From the NCBI GenBank assembly GCA_046563655.1, contig CM102284.1:3410001-3474000 (forward strand): a DNA stretch of 64,000 nt, read 5' to 3'. Of this stretch, positions 26,999-40,587 are shown piece after piece (the first letter of the stretch is position 1; each line of letters starts with the position of its first letter). The notes beneath the pieces are model-generated. The model did no database searches, was not told the DNA's origin, and saw only the letters and a program-made list of their open reading frames with translations. The stretch comes from Yuukianura sp. NJ FZ-2021 (lineage: Eukaryota). Made by a program: the position numbers and the translations under genes.

Positions 26999-28689
26999 AT
27001 GGATCTAAGTCTGGACGATATCATCACACGAACGAAGGGAAGCCGTGGTGGAGCAAGGGGTAAGAAACAAAATTTTAAATCATCGTGCCAGTCCGAGTCC
27101 CAGTAACTACAGATTTAATCATTACGTCTTCTCTTACGTCGATAGATGTGTTAAACTACTAATGGTTGTTTCAGGTCGAGGAGGAAGAGGTCGAGGTGGT
27201 GGGCGAGGTGGCTTCAATAGTGGAGCAAGAACCTTCGGCGGCGGTGCTCCCCGTCGCGGCGGCCTGCCTAACAGAAATCTTAACTTCAGAAGGGTAATTA
27301 ATTTCACACAACTTTGGAATTTGGATTCGTAATTACTGAACGGGATTGGATCGTCATGTCATGAGAAAGACTGAAAGTGAAGTTAGTGTAAGAAAGTGAA
27401 TACGGGATGAGCTAATCTGCCGAACCGGGCCATGTTGAACTAACTGGGTGGAGCTGGAGCCTAATGTTTATCTTCCTTGCTTCCTTTCAATCAAATATAC
27501 TAAAACAACCGTCATCGGCGTCGAAAGAATTCAAAATCTTGTGAGAGCTGGATTGATAATATTCCTCATTAATAGTAATGTAAGTATCCTAAGGATTTCC
27601 GTTAACGAGAAAACAAGAGTTTCAAGGCTAACTACGAGGAAAGATTTCTATCCTTGTCTTTATTTAGTAAACATCAGTTCAGCTTCAGCCGTCCGACTTT
27701 GCATTTATTTGCAGAGGTCATCGTATCGTGGCTCGGATGGCTCGAGAACTTCTCGGATACATGAACATGTACAAAACATACGAAGTTGCGGTTCGGTAGT
27801 TGGCATTACCGCGATCAGTCACTCCGTATTTTTTCCAATCCCAGCTAGGAAATTATTACACTCCACCACCATCGAAAGCGAAAGAGATTCTTAGCTGAAA
27901 AGACACGGTCCAATTGAACCATTTTTGACAAAGTTGATTGAATTACTTTATGTTTTGTAGAGCGGTAATGCTGACGGAGTGTGGGCTCATGACAAATTTA
28001 TGGATGTCGGTGGAGCCGGGTATCCTCGGACAAGGTCCGGAGGATTAGGTGGAGGCCGGGGAGGCGGTGCCAAACTGGTCATTGGAAATCTCCACTATGC
28101 TGTTTCTGAAGCGGACCTAAAGGTAATACTAAATAACTTTAACTTTACATATTCCACGATTGTTAAATATTCTAATTCTGTCTATCCTGAATGACAGGAA
28201 CTTTTCGGCGAGTTCGGACCCATTTTGGACGCAACCATAAATTATGACATGTCTGGACGTTCGTTGGGCAAAGCTGACTTGACATTTCATCGACGCAGTT
28301 CCGCTCAAGCCGCGATAGCGAAATACAGCGGTGTACCTCTTGATGGTAATTTGATGCTTCCAATTTGATCCAACCAATCCCATCCTCCAATGAGAATTCA
28401 CCATGGAGATCTTTTTGACCACAACTCACTGGACCATCGCTCATATGTTTCAGGGAGGCCAATGGACATTCAATGGGCAACAGCAACTGGCCTCAGTGCC
28501 CCGCCTGCCCCCCGTGTACTTGCTCGAGTTTCGGGAGGTCGTGTTGGTGGCGGAGGTGGTGGACGTGGAGGTGGAAACAAGCCAAGAGGAGGACGTGGTG
28601 GTGGTGGACGTGGAGGAAAAGCCAAACCTCCTACAGCCGAAGAACTTGACGCTGAATTGGACGCTTACGTGAAGCAAAGCGCGAAGTAA
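26999..28689 (+). CDS. ALYREF: mRNA export adaptor ALY/REF (THOC4), multi-exon
   Basis: MDLSLDDII N-box, RGG tracts, WAHDKF, RRM (KLVIGNLHYAVSEADLKELF...GRSLGKA...YSGVPLDGRPM), C-box TAEELDAELDAY. Confidence 0.93.
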
Positions 28690-29246
28690 AGATGGAATTG
28701 GTATAAAGGACTCGAAGTTAAGGATTTGACACAGCCCCCGGCCCTAGTGTTTGTTTTTTCTTTTGTATTGCTAATATTTACTGTAATATCAGAAAATCCA
28801 CCACTTTCGGGTGTCTATATTTAAGAATTTATTCTCTTCTTATAATTTAACAGTACACTCCAAATAAATCATATTTACGACAAAAGCTTAACGTAAATGT
28901 ATGGTTTTATTATTTATTTAATCATTTATTTAGTTATATCAATGTGTTATTCCTATTTTATCCGAATTGATTGGTGAGAAAATGAGATGAAGAAATCGAG
29001 GGAAGAAACGGTTCCTGAACTATTCGGAAATCTCATTTGTAGTTTAGTTTGATTTTGATACAATTGAGATTCTCAATTTGAGAATGTCATCTCAATTCTA
29101 ATTTGGATTTCAGTAAAACAAAGTGGAATATTTTAAGGGGCTGTTCCAGACTCCGGAGTCTGCCGAACGTGGGTCACAATCGTGTTGACCTTGGCCCGGG
29201 ACCGGAACACTGACTGACGGTCGAGTCGACTTCATTCATTACGAAG

Positions 29247-30186
29247 ATGAGTTTCTTATTGTAAGTTTACTTCTTAATTTCTTCTGTACATCGAAGTATG
29301 TTCACTTTGATTTTGATTCAACGATTGAGAGTGACATTCACACGCAATTAATCAACATGTCTTTGTTTTTTTACGAAGTGGAAACCGGTCAGCCAAGACA
29401 TTTAAGCCAAAGAAGCATATTCCAGAAGGGACACATCAATATGACCTCATGCAACATGCGGCAGCTACATTAGGTTCTGGAAATTTAAGACTGGCCGTAA
29501 TGCTTCCGGATGGAGAAGATCCAAATGAATGGGTAGCCGTTAACAGTAAGCGGATTAATTGATTGCAGCCACTCCTCTTTGAAATGTTTCTGGCGTATCG
29601 CTTCTTAAATGTTCAATATAATTTTGTTTTTGCAGCTGTAGATTTCTTCAATCAAATCAATATGCTTTACGGAACAATTACGGAATTTTGTACGGAAGAC
29701 TCTTGTCCCGTTATGGCCGCTGGACCGAAGTACGAGTACCATTGGGCTGATGGACACGTTGTTAAGAAACCAATCAAATGCTCCGCTCCAAAGTACATTG
29801 ACTACCTCATGACATGGATTCAGGATCAACTGGACGATGAAACACTGTTTCCATCAAAAATTGGTAATTCGAATTACACCATACGCTAACTGTACCGTAT
29901 AAATAATACGACTCTTATTTCTGCAGGAGTGCCTTTTCCTAAAAACTTCTCCAGCATTGCCAAAACCATCTTGAAACGATTGTTTCGAGTCTACGCGCAT
30001 ATTTACCATCAACATTTCGCAGAAGTTGTTCAGTTAGGAGAAGAAGCACACCTTAACACTTCCTTCAAGCACTTCATCTTCTTCGTCCAAGAGTTTAACC
30101 TAATTGAACGCAAGGAACTAGCACCTCTCCAAGAACTGATTGAAAAGCTCACAAATGGAAACAGCAAAGAACCATCCGTTGCCTAA
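29247..30186 (+). CDS. MOB1: MOB kinase activator 1 (mats), 4 exons
   Basis: MSFLF/GNRSAKTFKPKK...ATLGSGNLRLAVMLPDGEDPNEWVAVN/TVDFFNQINMLYGTITEFCT...KRLFRVYAHIYHQHF. Confidence 0.96.
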
Positions 30187-30665
30187 ATACCTTATCAACG
30201 TTACCCACATCAATATTCCTAGCTCACTGGCTTAACTTCAGGCCGTGTGCCAATGGTACTTCCCAATAATACTTGCTACACTGATTATTCTGAAAGTGGC
30301 GAGTTCAGCAGGTGCCTTTACTTAATAAGCAAATAATTTTTCGTGATTGATATTTGTAATTTACATAACAAAAAAAACAGCAGCAGCTCAAACTCATATC
30401 TGAAAACAATTTAAGAATAATTTGAAAGTGACAAAATTGACTCGAGTCGCAAGCTAAGAAAACGATTTCTTGTTAAAATCGGCAGCTGTAAATTTAATTT
30501 ATACATCAATAAATCTTATTTTAATCGATATGATCCATAACAAATAACATGTTTAGAAACTGAGAGACACAACTATGCTATCTTTATGTGGTAATTTTCA
30601 TATTCAAATGAAATTAAATCAAATTGAAATTAAAAGAAGTTGAATCTGTGTCTGCGCTCTGGTCA

Positions 30666-32339
30666 TCACTCCCCAGCTGGTTTGAGCTGAACGGAGCCCA
30701 TTCGCGTCGGATCTTGACTTGCGTAGTAAACTTGCCCAATCCCTAGTCCTAACCCAGTTCCTGGAGGTCGCATTGTCTCCGGTGGTGGTGGGGCAGACGA
30801 CGAGGCTGAGCTGGAAGCTGCTGCTGCTGATACAGCCGGTGGTAATGGTGGCGGTGGCATGCAAAACGGAAGAGGTGGCGGCAAACCTCGGGTTGAAGGA
30901 AGGTTGAAGTAGTTCATTCCCCCACCAGCAGCAGGAAGTGGAAGTGGGCCTGGAAGACCTAAAAATTTAAAACAAAAATGTTAAGTGCTCTCGTAGTATG
31001 TGTATTATTTATCTTATTAGGTGAGCCGAGCAGAACTTACCTGGAACTTGCGGAAGTGGTGCAGTGCCCTCCTGTAGAAAGCAAACTTACGATTAGCTTT
31101 AATTTACTTAAAATCGCTGTGAGATAACGCTAGTGAAAGACTTACGGCAGCTGAGGCCTGTTTTCCTTGGGATTTACCCCATCGAACAGTAAGACGACGG
31201 CCTAAAAGAATTAACTTATTGAAACTTTTCTCTGCCGCGACTTCCGCCGCTGATCGATTTGTAAACTGGACAAAGGCACACTGCTGCTTCTGGACAACAG
31301 TGATGTTGCGAATTTCTCCAAACTGATAAAAATAGTCCCGGAGGTCTTTCTCCGTCATGAATTCGCCGAGGTTTCCAATGTAGAGTGTTGTAATACTCTT
31401 GTCTTCTGGAGCTGTAAGGGCTGGCATTGATGAGGCCCGACGAAGAAGTTTATCAGCAACAGGATCATTCGTTCCGTAGTAACGATCCCGAATGTTTTGA
31501 TCAGAAAGAGGATCATCTGGATCCGTTGGTTTCTCATGTCGATATGGACACTCTTCACCACGTTTGCATTCGCCTTTGACCCAGAAAGAGCAAATGTGTG
31601 GACGATTTCTTTTGTAGTACGGCTGAGTTCGAGCTAACTTCATCAAAACATCTGAGGGAGCTTGAGCCTTGGCAACTTCTCCTAAGGCATCTCCAGGCTC
31701 GGCGCCGCTAGCCTAGTTGTTGAAATAATTTGTAATCAGCTTAGCCAATAACACTCGTTTACGTTGTTTTAGTATTTCTTATGACAAAACCGAACCTGTG
31801 CCTCCAAATTTTGGACATAGTATTCCTTGTTCACTTCGTTTCTTGGTAGATTATCCTTGATTTTTAACGCATTATCTCTAACTTGAATTGGTAATCCATA
31901 TTCTAAGTCAAGCAGACATGTTTGACAGACATTTTTCAGTTTCGCACAAGTTTGACAAACTTCGGTTTTCTTGAAACGCATTCTGGCTCCTGGGCACCAC
32001 CGAAACACTGTAAATGGCCTGAAGCAAATCTTGCATTCGCATCCATATTTATCTTTAGTCTAGAAAGTAAAGGAGAACATGACACATCACGAAATAATAG
32101 TTCATTCGTTCGTAATTTGATTATAAAGGGCATACCATCCTGACGTAAGGATTATCTCCCAAACATGTCTCGCAAAGGATGGGAAAATCCTTCAAAAAAA
32201 ATAACATGAAACTTTGTTGATTATAATAGGATATTGTAATCGATGTAGTGAAATTATTTCGATTTGAAACAAAACTGTAACGTACCGAATCCTCCCAATT
32301 TTGCCTGTTGTAGGTGTTGGTAGTCTTTGACATAGCCAT
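30666..32339 (-). CDS. RBM22: Pre-mRNA splicing factor RBM22 (Cwc2/Slt11 family), multi-exon
   Basis: [42 protein letters not shown] finger [29 protein letters not shown]-terminal [11 protein letters not shown]. Confidence 0.96.
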
Positions 32340-32536
32340 TTTGAAACGTTTATTTGTAGTAAAACGAGGACCACGACCAGCAACTGCACTGCAATGTTAT
32401 TCGGGACGTTAGGATTCAGCTAATAGATCTACAAAACCACTATGAAATGGACGCTCAAATAAAATCAGCACTGGTTACCACCAGTTTTCGTAATCGTAAC
32501 AGAAACAGCTGAAAGAAATTGTGTTGGTTTCCAGTA

Positions 32537-32774
32537 CAGTAGACTTTCCCACTTATTCCGTTTGCCAAATACAAAACAATTTCAATTGACAAATACAAAA
32601 CCCGCACCAGTACACTGGCGGTAAAATGGCAAATTGAAACATGCAATGGCAAATGGGGGATTTGCCAATGACAATTTGACCACACACTCATGTAATTTTC
32701 TAACCCCCCCCCAGTGTAGTTCAATTGTATTTTGTTTTGTATTTGGCAAATGGAATAAGTGGGAAAGTCTACTG
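32537..32774. mobile_element. Tc1/mariner-superfamily (pogo/Tigger-like) MITE, ~43-bp TIRs, TA TSD
   Basis: TA|CAGTAGACTTTCCCACTTATTCCGTTTGCCAAATACAAAACAA ... TTGTTTTGTATTTGGCAAATGGAATAAGTGGGAAAGTCTACTG|TA (1 mismatch). Confidence 0.88.
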
Positions 32775-32888
32775 TATTACGTCCGGAGACGGAGAGTACG
32801 TCCGGGCCCCTGTTGTGCAAAAACTATAGCGTGTCGGATCGGATTGGACATTACGGTTGCCGTAAACTTTCTGGATTTGAGTTGTACT

Positions 32889-33422
32889 CAGGGCTGGTTC
32901 GTATTTAGCGTTAGCATTTTTTAGCGCGAGCTAGTATTGCTATATATGATAAGCTAAAACGGCTGCGAAGCTGCGATGCTAAGTTCACTGCGAAATTTAA
33001 AAAGTTTTTTGAAAAGCATAATTTTTTTTTGAAAACCAGTAAAAAGAAAACAGTTTTGATGAAATTGATTTTGTAAATGACTGAAATAATTCTCATAGTT
33101 ATTGTGGTATAAGAATTAATTGCTTTATGATATTAATCTTATTAGTAATTATTTTTTATTATTATACTCTTTTTTCGCTTTAGTATTATTCGTTAATTTA
33201 TGATGAATTAATTCGCTAAATATTTTGGAAGCTCTGCGTAGTTCTTTTTCCAGGGAAATCTAAGGTTTTGTATGCACCGAATTGTCGCTTAGCGTTCTGA
33301 TTGCGAACTTCGCGCCCGATCCCCATAAGGATACATTGTTTTTAGCATAAATAGCTGGGTTTTTAGCACTTTTGCTAAAATTGCTAAGCTATTCTTTTTT
33401 AGCGCTAAAAAGACCAGTCCTG
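32889..33422. mobile_element. hAT-like MITE, 8-bp TSD GTTGTACT
   Basis: TIR CAGGGCTGGT / ACCAGTCCTG; GTTGTACT at 32881-32888 and 33423-33430; subterminal TTAGC/GCTAA repeats. Confidence 0.85.
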
Positions 33423-34238
33423 GTTGTACTCCACACATTCTAATCCCATGCGCACGAAAACAACTATAAAGCAATGGTCGGCATCTTTGGTTGAGTTCAG
33501 CAACGATTACGAGTACACAACTACGTAGTTGCACTCCTGGATAACTCGGATAGAAGCTTTAAAAAATTACCACTAACTTTTTCAAATTTCAACTCAAGTT
33601 CTTCGAAACTTTGAAGAAGCCCAAAAATGTTTCTGCACTTGCGTTGCGCTATTAGTTCGTTTTGTCAGTTCCTGTGCTGTTGAAGGAAATAGTGAATTAT
33701 CGGCATCAAACGCATTTTGTTACCACATAATATTTCAGTTTGAAATTACATCTCAGAAATTCTGATAACGGCAACGACAAGAATTCTCGTGGTTGGTGTT
33801 GGTGAATTGAAGTTAGTGTCTTTGAAAAAAAATCACCCGGGGCGCAGGATTCTTTCGGAGTTCCTCAAAAACAATTATAGAATCTGGACGTAGGAATCTC
33901 TTTCTTAACTTTGGTATGGGTACAAGATAACCCGCCGAAAGGGTTTACCGAATTCTAAAGTCACCTTAGCTTTACATTTATTGTCTTAACGAAGCCAACT
34001 TGTCGAATTTGATTAATTTGCAAACCTCACTAAATCAGCTAATTTCGTATTTTCGAAATTCCAAAGCCAATCTGCAATGCCCATCATTCTTTGAAAAAAT
34101 GTTGAAATAAATGTATTATTAAAAATATCGTAACGTAAGATCGTCTTAAAAAGCCAATTTTATTAAATCAACTTTGTGTGAAACTCAGAATGTCAAATAC
34201 AAGTTTACAACATAACTAAAACTACTTTTGTAGTGTGG

Positions 34239-35955
34239 CTACTTTTGCTTTTGAAACTGAATCATGACGACAGAGAAAGTTAAGACCAATCCACAGATCT
34301 AAATCAAATATACAAATTTTGAATGATTTTTATAATTCAAAAGTATAAATAACAATTCAAATTATAAGAGTTAGTATGTATTACGGTTCCAAGGAACGAC
34401 GAGTCCAAGCTGATGAACGCCAATGGTTTGATAGCCAAGTTATCCGAAGAAATCTCGTGCAATAGCATCAAGAGATCATTTTGTTGAAATAGTACAAAGT
34501 TTTTCCGAACAATGATCCAGTTGTGAAAAATTGTCTCCGCCTAATTGCAATTCCGTTTTAGAATATAAACAGATTAAGGAAAAATTAATGTGTTAACTTT
34601 ATAAGATTAACTCACTTTAGCTTTGAACCATGCAGCAAATATCAAGAACAGTATTGGGATCATCACGGAGCTGGCACTTGCGACGTGCGCCACAATCCCG
34701 ATAGGCTGGATCGCTTGAGGAATACATTTCACCACAGCCGGAATAGAACCAAATATGTATCCGCACACCACCGTGGCAATGGCACCGTTCAACATGTCAA
34801 CCATCGTTCTAAATTTTCTTAATTCATCTACTCCCTGTGGTAAATTAATGAACTCGATTTTTCTCGATTTACAAGTTAATTTTAAAGAATGGTGTACACA
34901 TACTTCATGAGCAGTCATAGTCTTTGCCTTCATTTCCAAATGCACGATGAAGCGGTGTAATTGCACCATCAAAAGCACCATGAACGTTTCTCCTGCGGCT
35001 TTGATAGAAACTAGAATCAAATCCGCATGGATTCCAAAGGCAAACGTAAAATGTCCCCAATACTTTCTCCATGTACAGAGATTGGCTGATTCCAGAAAAA
35101 GCAAGATGCAGCCCCACTGTGACATTCCCTCGTAGTATAAATCCGATTTCCAAAAAGTCATTTCCAAATAGCGCATACTTTCTATGACTTCTCGACAAAC
35201 CATCATTATTGAAATTAAAATGAAGATCTTACGCTTTCCCTGGAAAAACAAAATTGCCAATAGACTCAACCGGTTCTTTTTAAATCGATGTTAGACCATA
35301 AGCTGAGCAAACAAACCACAAAGTGTTGCATTAGGTCAAGATAATAATCTAGCAATTAGTTATATAATGTATTTGAATATAATACCTATATAAAATTTTC
35401 CTCGCTAAGTTTATATTTTCTTACATATTTAGTCTGTGCAGTTCCAAGCGTTGCGTTGACTGAGGCTAGCTGACTGTAGTTGATGAGATCTACAAATTTG
35501 CTTCCATCCCGCCAGAAAGCAACTAATACGCAAGTTGCTTCAAAAACCAATCCAACAAGGTTTGCTTTTTGAAAATAATTCAGCTGCGGACCATTCTTTT
35601 CCAAATTTTCCTCCGAATTCAAGTATCGAACCTCACCGCTGATTGTCAGGTAAAACACGACAATGAGATACACATTTGCAACCTAAAAATTATTATTTTG
35701 CCCAGATAATTTTTATATGGTAGCTTTTATACCGTTTATCTACATTTTATTTGGAACAACAATATTGGAAGTGAAAAGTAAACCTAAATTGTATTAGGAC
35801 GTTTAAAATTTTTTTACCTTGCGTAGGCGACTTGACGCATTAACTTCCCAAACATTTGTATTTGAGTTAAACTTGAGTTTTGATGGGCAAATCCCAAGTC
35901 GATACCAAAATTCAAAGTACGCAACAAAACAGTCTGACATGCTTGCGTCTAACAT
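34239..35955 (-). CDS. Gustatory-receptor-like 7TM chemoreceptor, copy 1 (6 exons, ~380 aa)
   Basis: Hydrophobic exons; C-terminus LAIKPLAFISLDSSFLGT/ICGLVLTFSVVMIQFQKQK* (TY/FhhhhhQF-like TM7 motif); three C-terminal phase-0 introns as in arthropod GRs. Confidence 0.75.
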
Positions 35956-36519
35956 TTTGAAATTGTACTAATTTGACCGTTATAAAAAAACAACAACTTT
36001 AAAACGAGAGTAATTGAAGAGCTATAAGGTGTCACAGACTTAAGTCTGTGTTTACCAAGTACTTGATGAACTATTGATGATAGCTTTTACAAAAATTGTT
36101 TTCAAAAAATACCTACTTTCAAAATCCTTTTTGTAATGTTCATTTCAATTAGTTTCGTCTGTTTTGTTCAGTTGTATTGAATTATGAAAAGAAACACTTT
36201 TGATATGGGAAATGTTTATTCTAATTTCTCTTACCACTAGAAACAAGCGCATCACACCGTGGCATTTTATTGATTGAAATTTATTGCCGTTGAACAGTGG
36301 CAAAAGATTCCCATTTCCTATACAATATTTTTGAATTACAACAAAACATTGCAGCATACTTTGTTAGAATTTTTTTCACAACTTGTCAAATTTCTCATAA
36401 GTTGGTCTAATAGATTGTTTAACACGCCGACGGATTGTCTAAGCAGATTTTTTGAAGTCAATTTTGAATAAGCTCCAGAATTTCATTTAAGACATAGTAC
36501 CTAATAGACATAGGTATAA

Positions 36520-38284
36520 CTACTTCTGCTTTTCAAATTGAATGAATACAACAGAAAAGGTGAGGACCAATCCACAGATCTGAATCAAATATATAAAATT
36601 TTGAATGATTTTTAATTGAAAAACACAAGTATTATATCAGTTCAAATATAATAGTTGTTATTACGGTTCCAAGGAACGAGGAGTCCAAGGTGATGAACGC
36701 CAATGGTTTGACTGCCAACTTGTCCGAAGAAATCTCGTGCAACAACATTAAGAGATCATTTTCTTGAAATAGTACAAAGTTTTTCCGAACAATGATCCAG
36801 TTGTGAAAGATTGCCTCGGCCTATTACATTTTTGTTTAAAATATGAAACAAATTAAGTAAAGTTAGTTGATAATTTAATGCTAACGTGATGCTAGATTAA
36901 CTCACCTTAGCCTTGAACCATGCAGCACATATCAAGAAAAGTATTGGGATCATCACCATTCTGACATTGGCGAGCTGTGTCACAATTCCGTCAGACTGCA
37001 TCGTCTCAGGGATGCATTGTACCAGGGCCGGAATACCACCAAATATGTATCCGCACACTACCGTAGCAATGGCACCGTTCAGCAGCTCAACCATCGTTCT
37101 AAAATTTCTTAATTCATCCGCTCCCTGTGGTAAATTAATGAATTCGATAAATTTTCTAACTTTACATACAAGTTAATTTTAAAGAATGCTGTACATAGTA
37201 CTTCATGAGCAGTCATGGCCTTTGCCTTCATTTCCAAAAGCACGATGAAGCGATGTAGTTGCACTATCAGAAGCATAATAAATGTTTCTCCGGCTGCTTT
37301 GAAGGCAAGTAAAATCAAATTCGCTTGGATTGCAATGGCAAACCCAAAATGTTGTCCATATTCTTTCCATGTGCTGAGGTCGAATGAATCCATAAAAAGT
37401 AATGTACGGCCCCACGATGCCATTGCATCGTAGAATATATCAAATTTCCAAAAGCTCATTTCCAAAATTCGCATAACGTCTATGAGTTCACGAGAAACGA
37501 TGATTGTTGAAATGAAAATGAGAATGTTACGCTTTCCCTAAAACACGGCAAATTGCCCAAATTCATTATTCATTACAAAATATTTTTTGTTAAATCCACG
37601 TAGAGAATATGCTAAGCTAGCAAACTCCAAAACGTCAAATTAAGTTTTGTACCCTGATACATAAGAATAAAATAGTTAATAAAATAAATGAATAGTTTAT
37701 ATTTTCTTACATATTTGGTCTGTGGAATTCCAAGCGTTGCTTTGACTGACGCTAGTTGGCTGTAGTTGATGAGATCTGCAATTTTTTTCCCATCGCGCCA
37801 GAAGGCCACCAATACGCAAGTTGTTTCAAGAACCGATCCAACCAGGGTTGCTTTTTGAAAATATTTCAGTTTCGCACCACTCGTTTCCAGATTTTTCTTC
37901 GAATCCAAGTATCGAACCACACCGCTGATGCACAGGCATAACACAACGATGAGATACACATTTGCAGCCTAAGAAATTTTTTTTTCAATAATTTATTTAT
38001 GATAGGGTTAACATTTAATAATTTATTGATGATAGTAAGTATGGTACGGTTTATCTACACTTTATTTGGAACAACAACATCGACAGACTGAAGCTATAGA
38101 GTAAAACTCAAAATGTACACGACTTTTTAAAAAATAATAATTTTTTTACCTTGCGTATGCGACTGGATGTAACTTCCCAGACCTTTGTATTTGAATTAAA
38201 CTTGAGTTTTGATGGACAAATTCCAAGACGGTACCAAAATTCAAAGTACGCAACAAAACAGTCTGATATGCTTGCGTCTAACAT
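36520..38284 (-). CDS. Gustatory-receptor-like 7TM chemoreceptor, copy 2
   Basis: Same exon structure; starts MLDASISDCFVAYFEFWYRLGICPSK, ends LTFSVVFIQFEKQK*. Confidence 0.75.
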
Positions 38285-38845
38285 TTTGAAATTGGACTAA
38301 TTCGACCGTTCTAAAAACCAACGTTAATAAAATAGGAGTAGGAGTGTTGAAAAGCTCATTTTTGTCATTTTTGTTTTCGTACGCCGCTGTTTACCACGTA
38401 CCTGTGATGAACTATTAATGACAATGTTTACCAAAATCGTTTGCAAAAAATACCTACGTGTAAAATCCTTCTTGTAATGTTCATTTCCATTAGTCCGTGT
38501 TTTGTTCGGTTTTATTGAATTAAATATGATAAGAAATACACTTTCATATGGGAAATGTTTATTCTAATTTCTCTTTCCACTAGAAAGAAGTGCTATACCA
38601 CCGTAACATTGTATTCAATGGAATTATTGTTCTTGAAGAGTACCAACTGCCAACAAATTCCCTTTAGTAGATTACACTAGATGCAGTAGATAACAAAACA
38701 TTGCAACGTAGTTTGTTAGCATTAAATGTTATAACATCTGTTCTAAGGCTGTTTTAAAACACCGAAGAATACTCTAAAAAGCAGATTTTTTGAAATCAAT
38801 GTAAGCAAGATCCAGTATGTCAAATAAAACATAAGTAAAAGATGG

Positions 38846-40587
38846 CTACTTTTGCTTTTCAAACTGAATGATGACGACGGAGAAAGTTAACACCAAGCCA
38901 CAGATCTAATACACAAATCAAATACTTTTGAATGATTTTTATAATTCAAAAGTATAAATAACAGTTCAAAATTATGAAAGTTAGTAATGTATTACGGTTC
39001 CAAGGAACGACGAGTCGAAGCTGATGAACGCCAATAGTTTGATTGCAAAGTTGTCCGAAGAAATCTCGTGCAATAACATCAACAGATCATTTTCTTGAAA
39101 CAGTACAAAGTTTTTCCGAACAATGATCCAGTTGTGAAAGATTTTCTCGGCCTGTCACATTTTTAATTTAGAGTATAATACAAATTAAGTAAAGTTAGTC
39201 AATAAATGTCAACTTTGTAGAATAGCTAACTTTAGGTTTGAACCATGCAGCACATATCAAGAACAGTGTTGGGATCATCGCCACACTGACGCTGGAGAGG
39301 TGCGCCACAATTCCGATAGGCTGGATCGCTTGAGGAATACATTTCACCACAGCCGGAATACCACCAAATATATATCCGCACACCATTGTGGCAATGGCAC
39401 TGTTCAACATGTCAACCATCGTCCTGAATTTTCTTAGTTCATCTACCCCCTGTGTTTAAATTAATGAACTCGGAAAATTTAACAGCCAGAAATAGAATAC
39501 GAGTTAATTTTAACGAATAATTTAAACATACTTCATGAGCAGTCATAGTCTTTGCCTTCATTTCCAAATGCACGATGAAGCGATGTAGTTGGACTATAAG
39601 AAGCAGCGTAAACGTCTCTCCGGCTGCTTTGAATGAACGTACCATCAAATCAGCGTGAAGTCCAAAGGCAAACCAAAAATGTCGCCCATACTCTTTCCAT
39701 GTGCCGAGGTCGATTGATTCCAGGAAAAGCAAGGTACGGCCCCACCGTGACATTTCATTATAGTATAAATCAAATTTCCAAGCACCCGCTTCCAAATAGC
39801 GCATAGCTTCTGTGAGTTCACGAGAAACCATTATCGTTGCAATGAAAATGAAAATGTTACGCTTTCCCTAGAAAACGGAATTGCCAAAGTTCGATTTGAA
39901 AGTTTTGTTCTTCAAACTATGTAGACTATAAACTAAAAGCAAAGAATGTTCTCCACCAGGGAAAGTCAAAATAACGTTTTACCGTTTTGGATGGATAAGA
40001 ATTAGTGTAAATGTTTGTGAATATAATATATAAAATTTATCTCTCTATTAATGTACCAGTTTACATTTTCTTACATATTTGGTCTGTGCAGTTCCAAGCG
40101 TTGCTTTAACTGAGGCTAGTTGGCAGTAGTTGATGAGATCTGCAAATTTGTTTCCATTTCGCCAGAAAGCAACCAAGACGCAAGTTGTTTGAAAAACGGC
40201 TCCAAAAATGCGTGCTTTTTCAAAATAATTCACTTGCACACCATACTTTTCCAGATTTTCCTTCGAATTCATGATTCGAAGGACACCGCTGATGCTCAAG
40301 CTCAACACGACAATGAAATATACATTTACGGCCTTAAAAAAATTATTATTATTTTTTAGATAATTTTTTTTTTTTTAATTTTTAATTTTTTTTAATTTTC
40401 CTTATTTATTTTTATTACTTTTTTTTTTATGTTTTTCTATTTTTTTTACCTTCCGTATGCGACTTGATGTAGTAACTTCCCAAACCTTTGTATTTGAGTT
40501 ATAGTTGAGTTTTGAGGGACAAATTCCTAGCCGGTACCAAAATTCAAAGTACGCAATAAGACAGTCCGACATGCTTGCGTCTAACAT
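38846..40587 (-). CDS. Gustatory-receptor-like 7TM chemoreceptor, copy 3
   Basis: Same exon structure; starts MLDASMSDCLIAYFEFWYRLGICPSK, ends LTFSVVIIQFEKQK*. Confidence 0.75.

Noticed and set aside
27340-27450. Possible intronic box C/D snoRNA in ALYREF
   Set aside because: No clean RUGAUGA/CUGA pair with a terminal stem identified by eye
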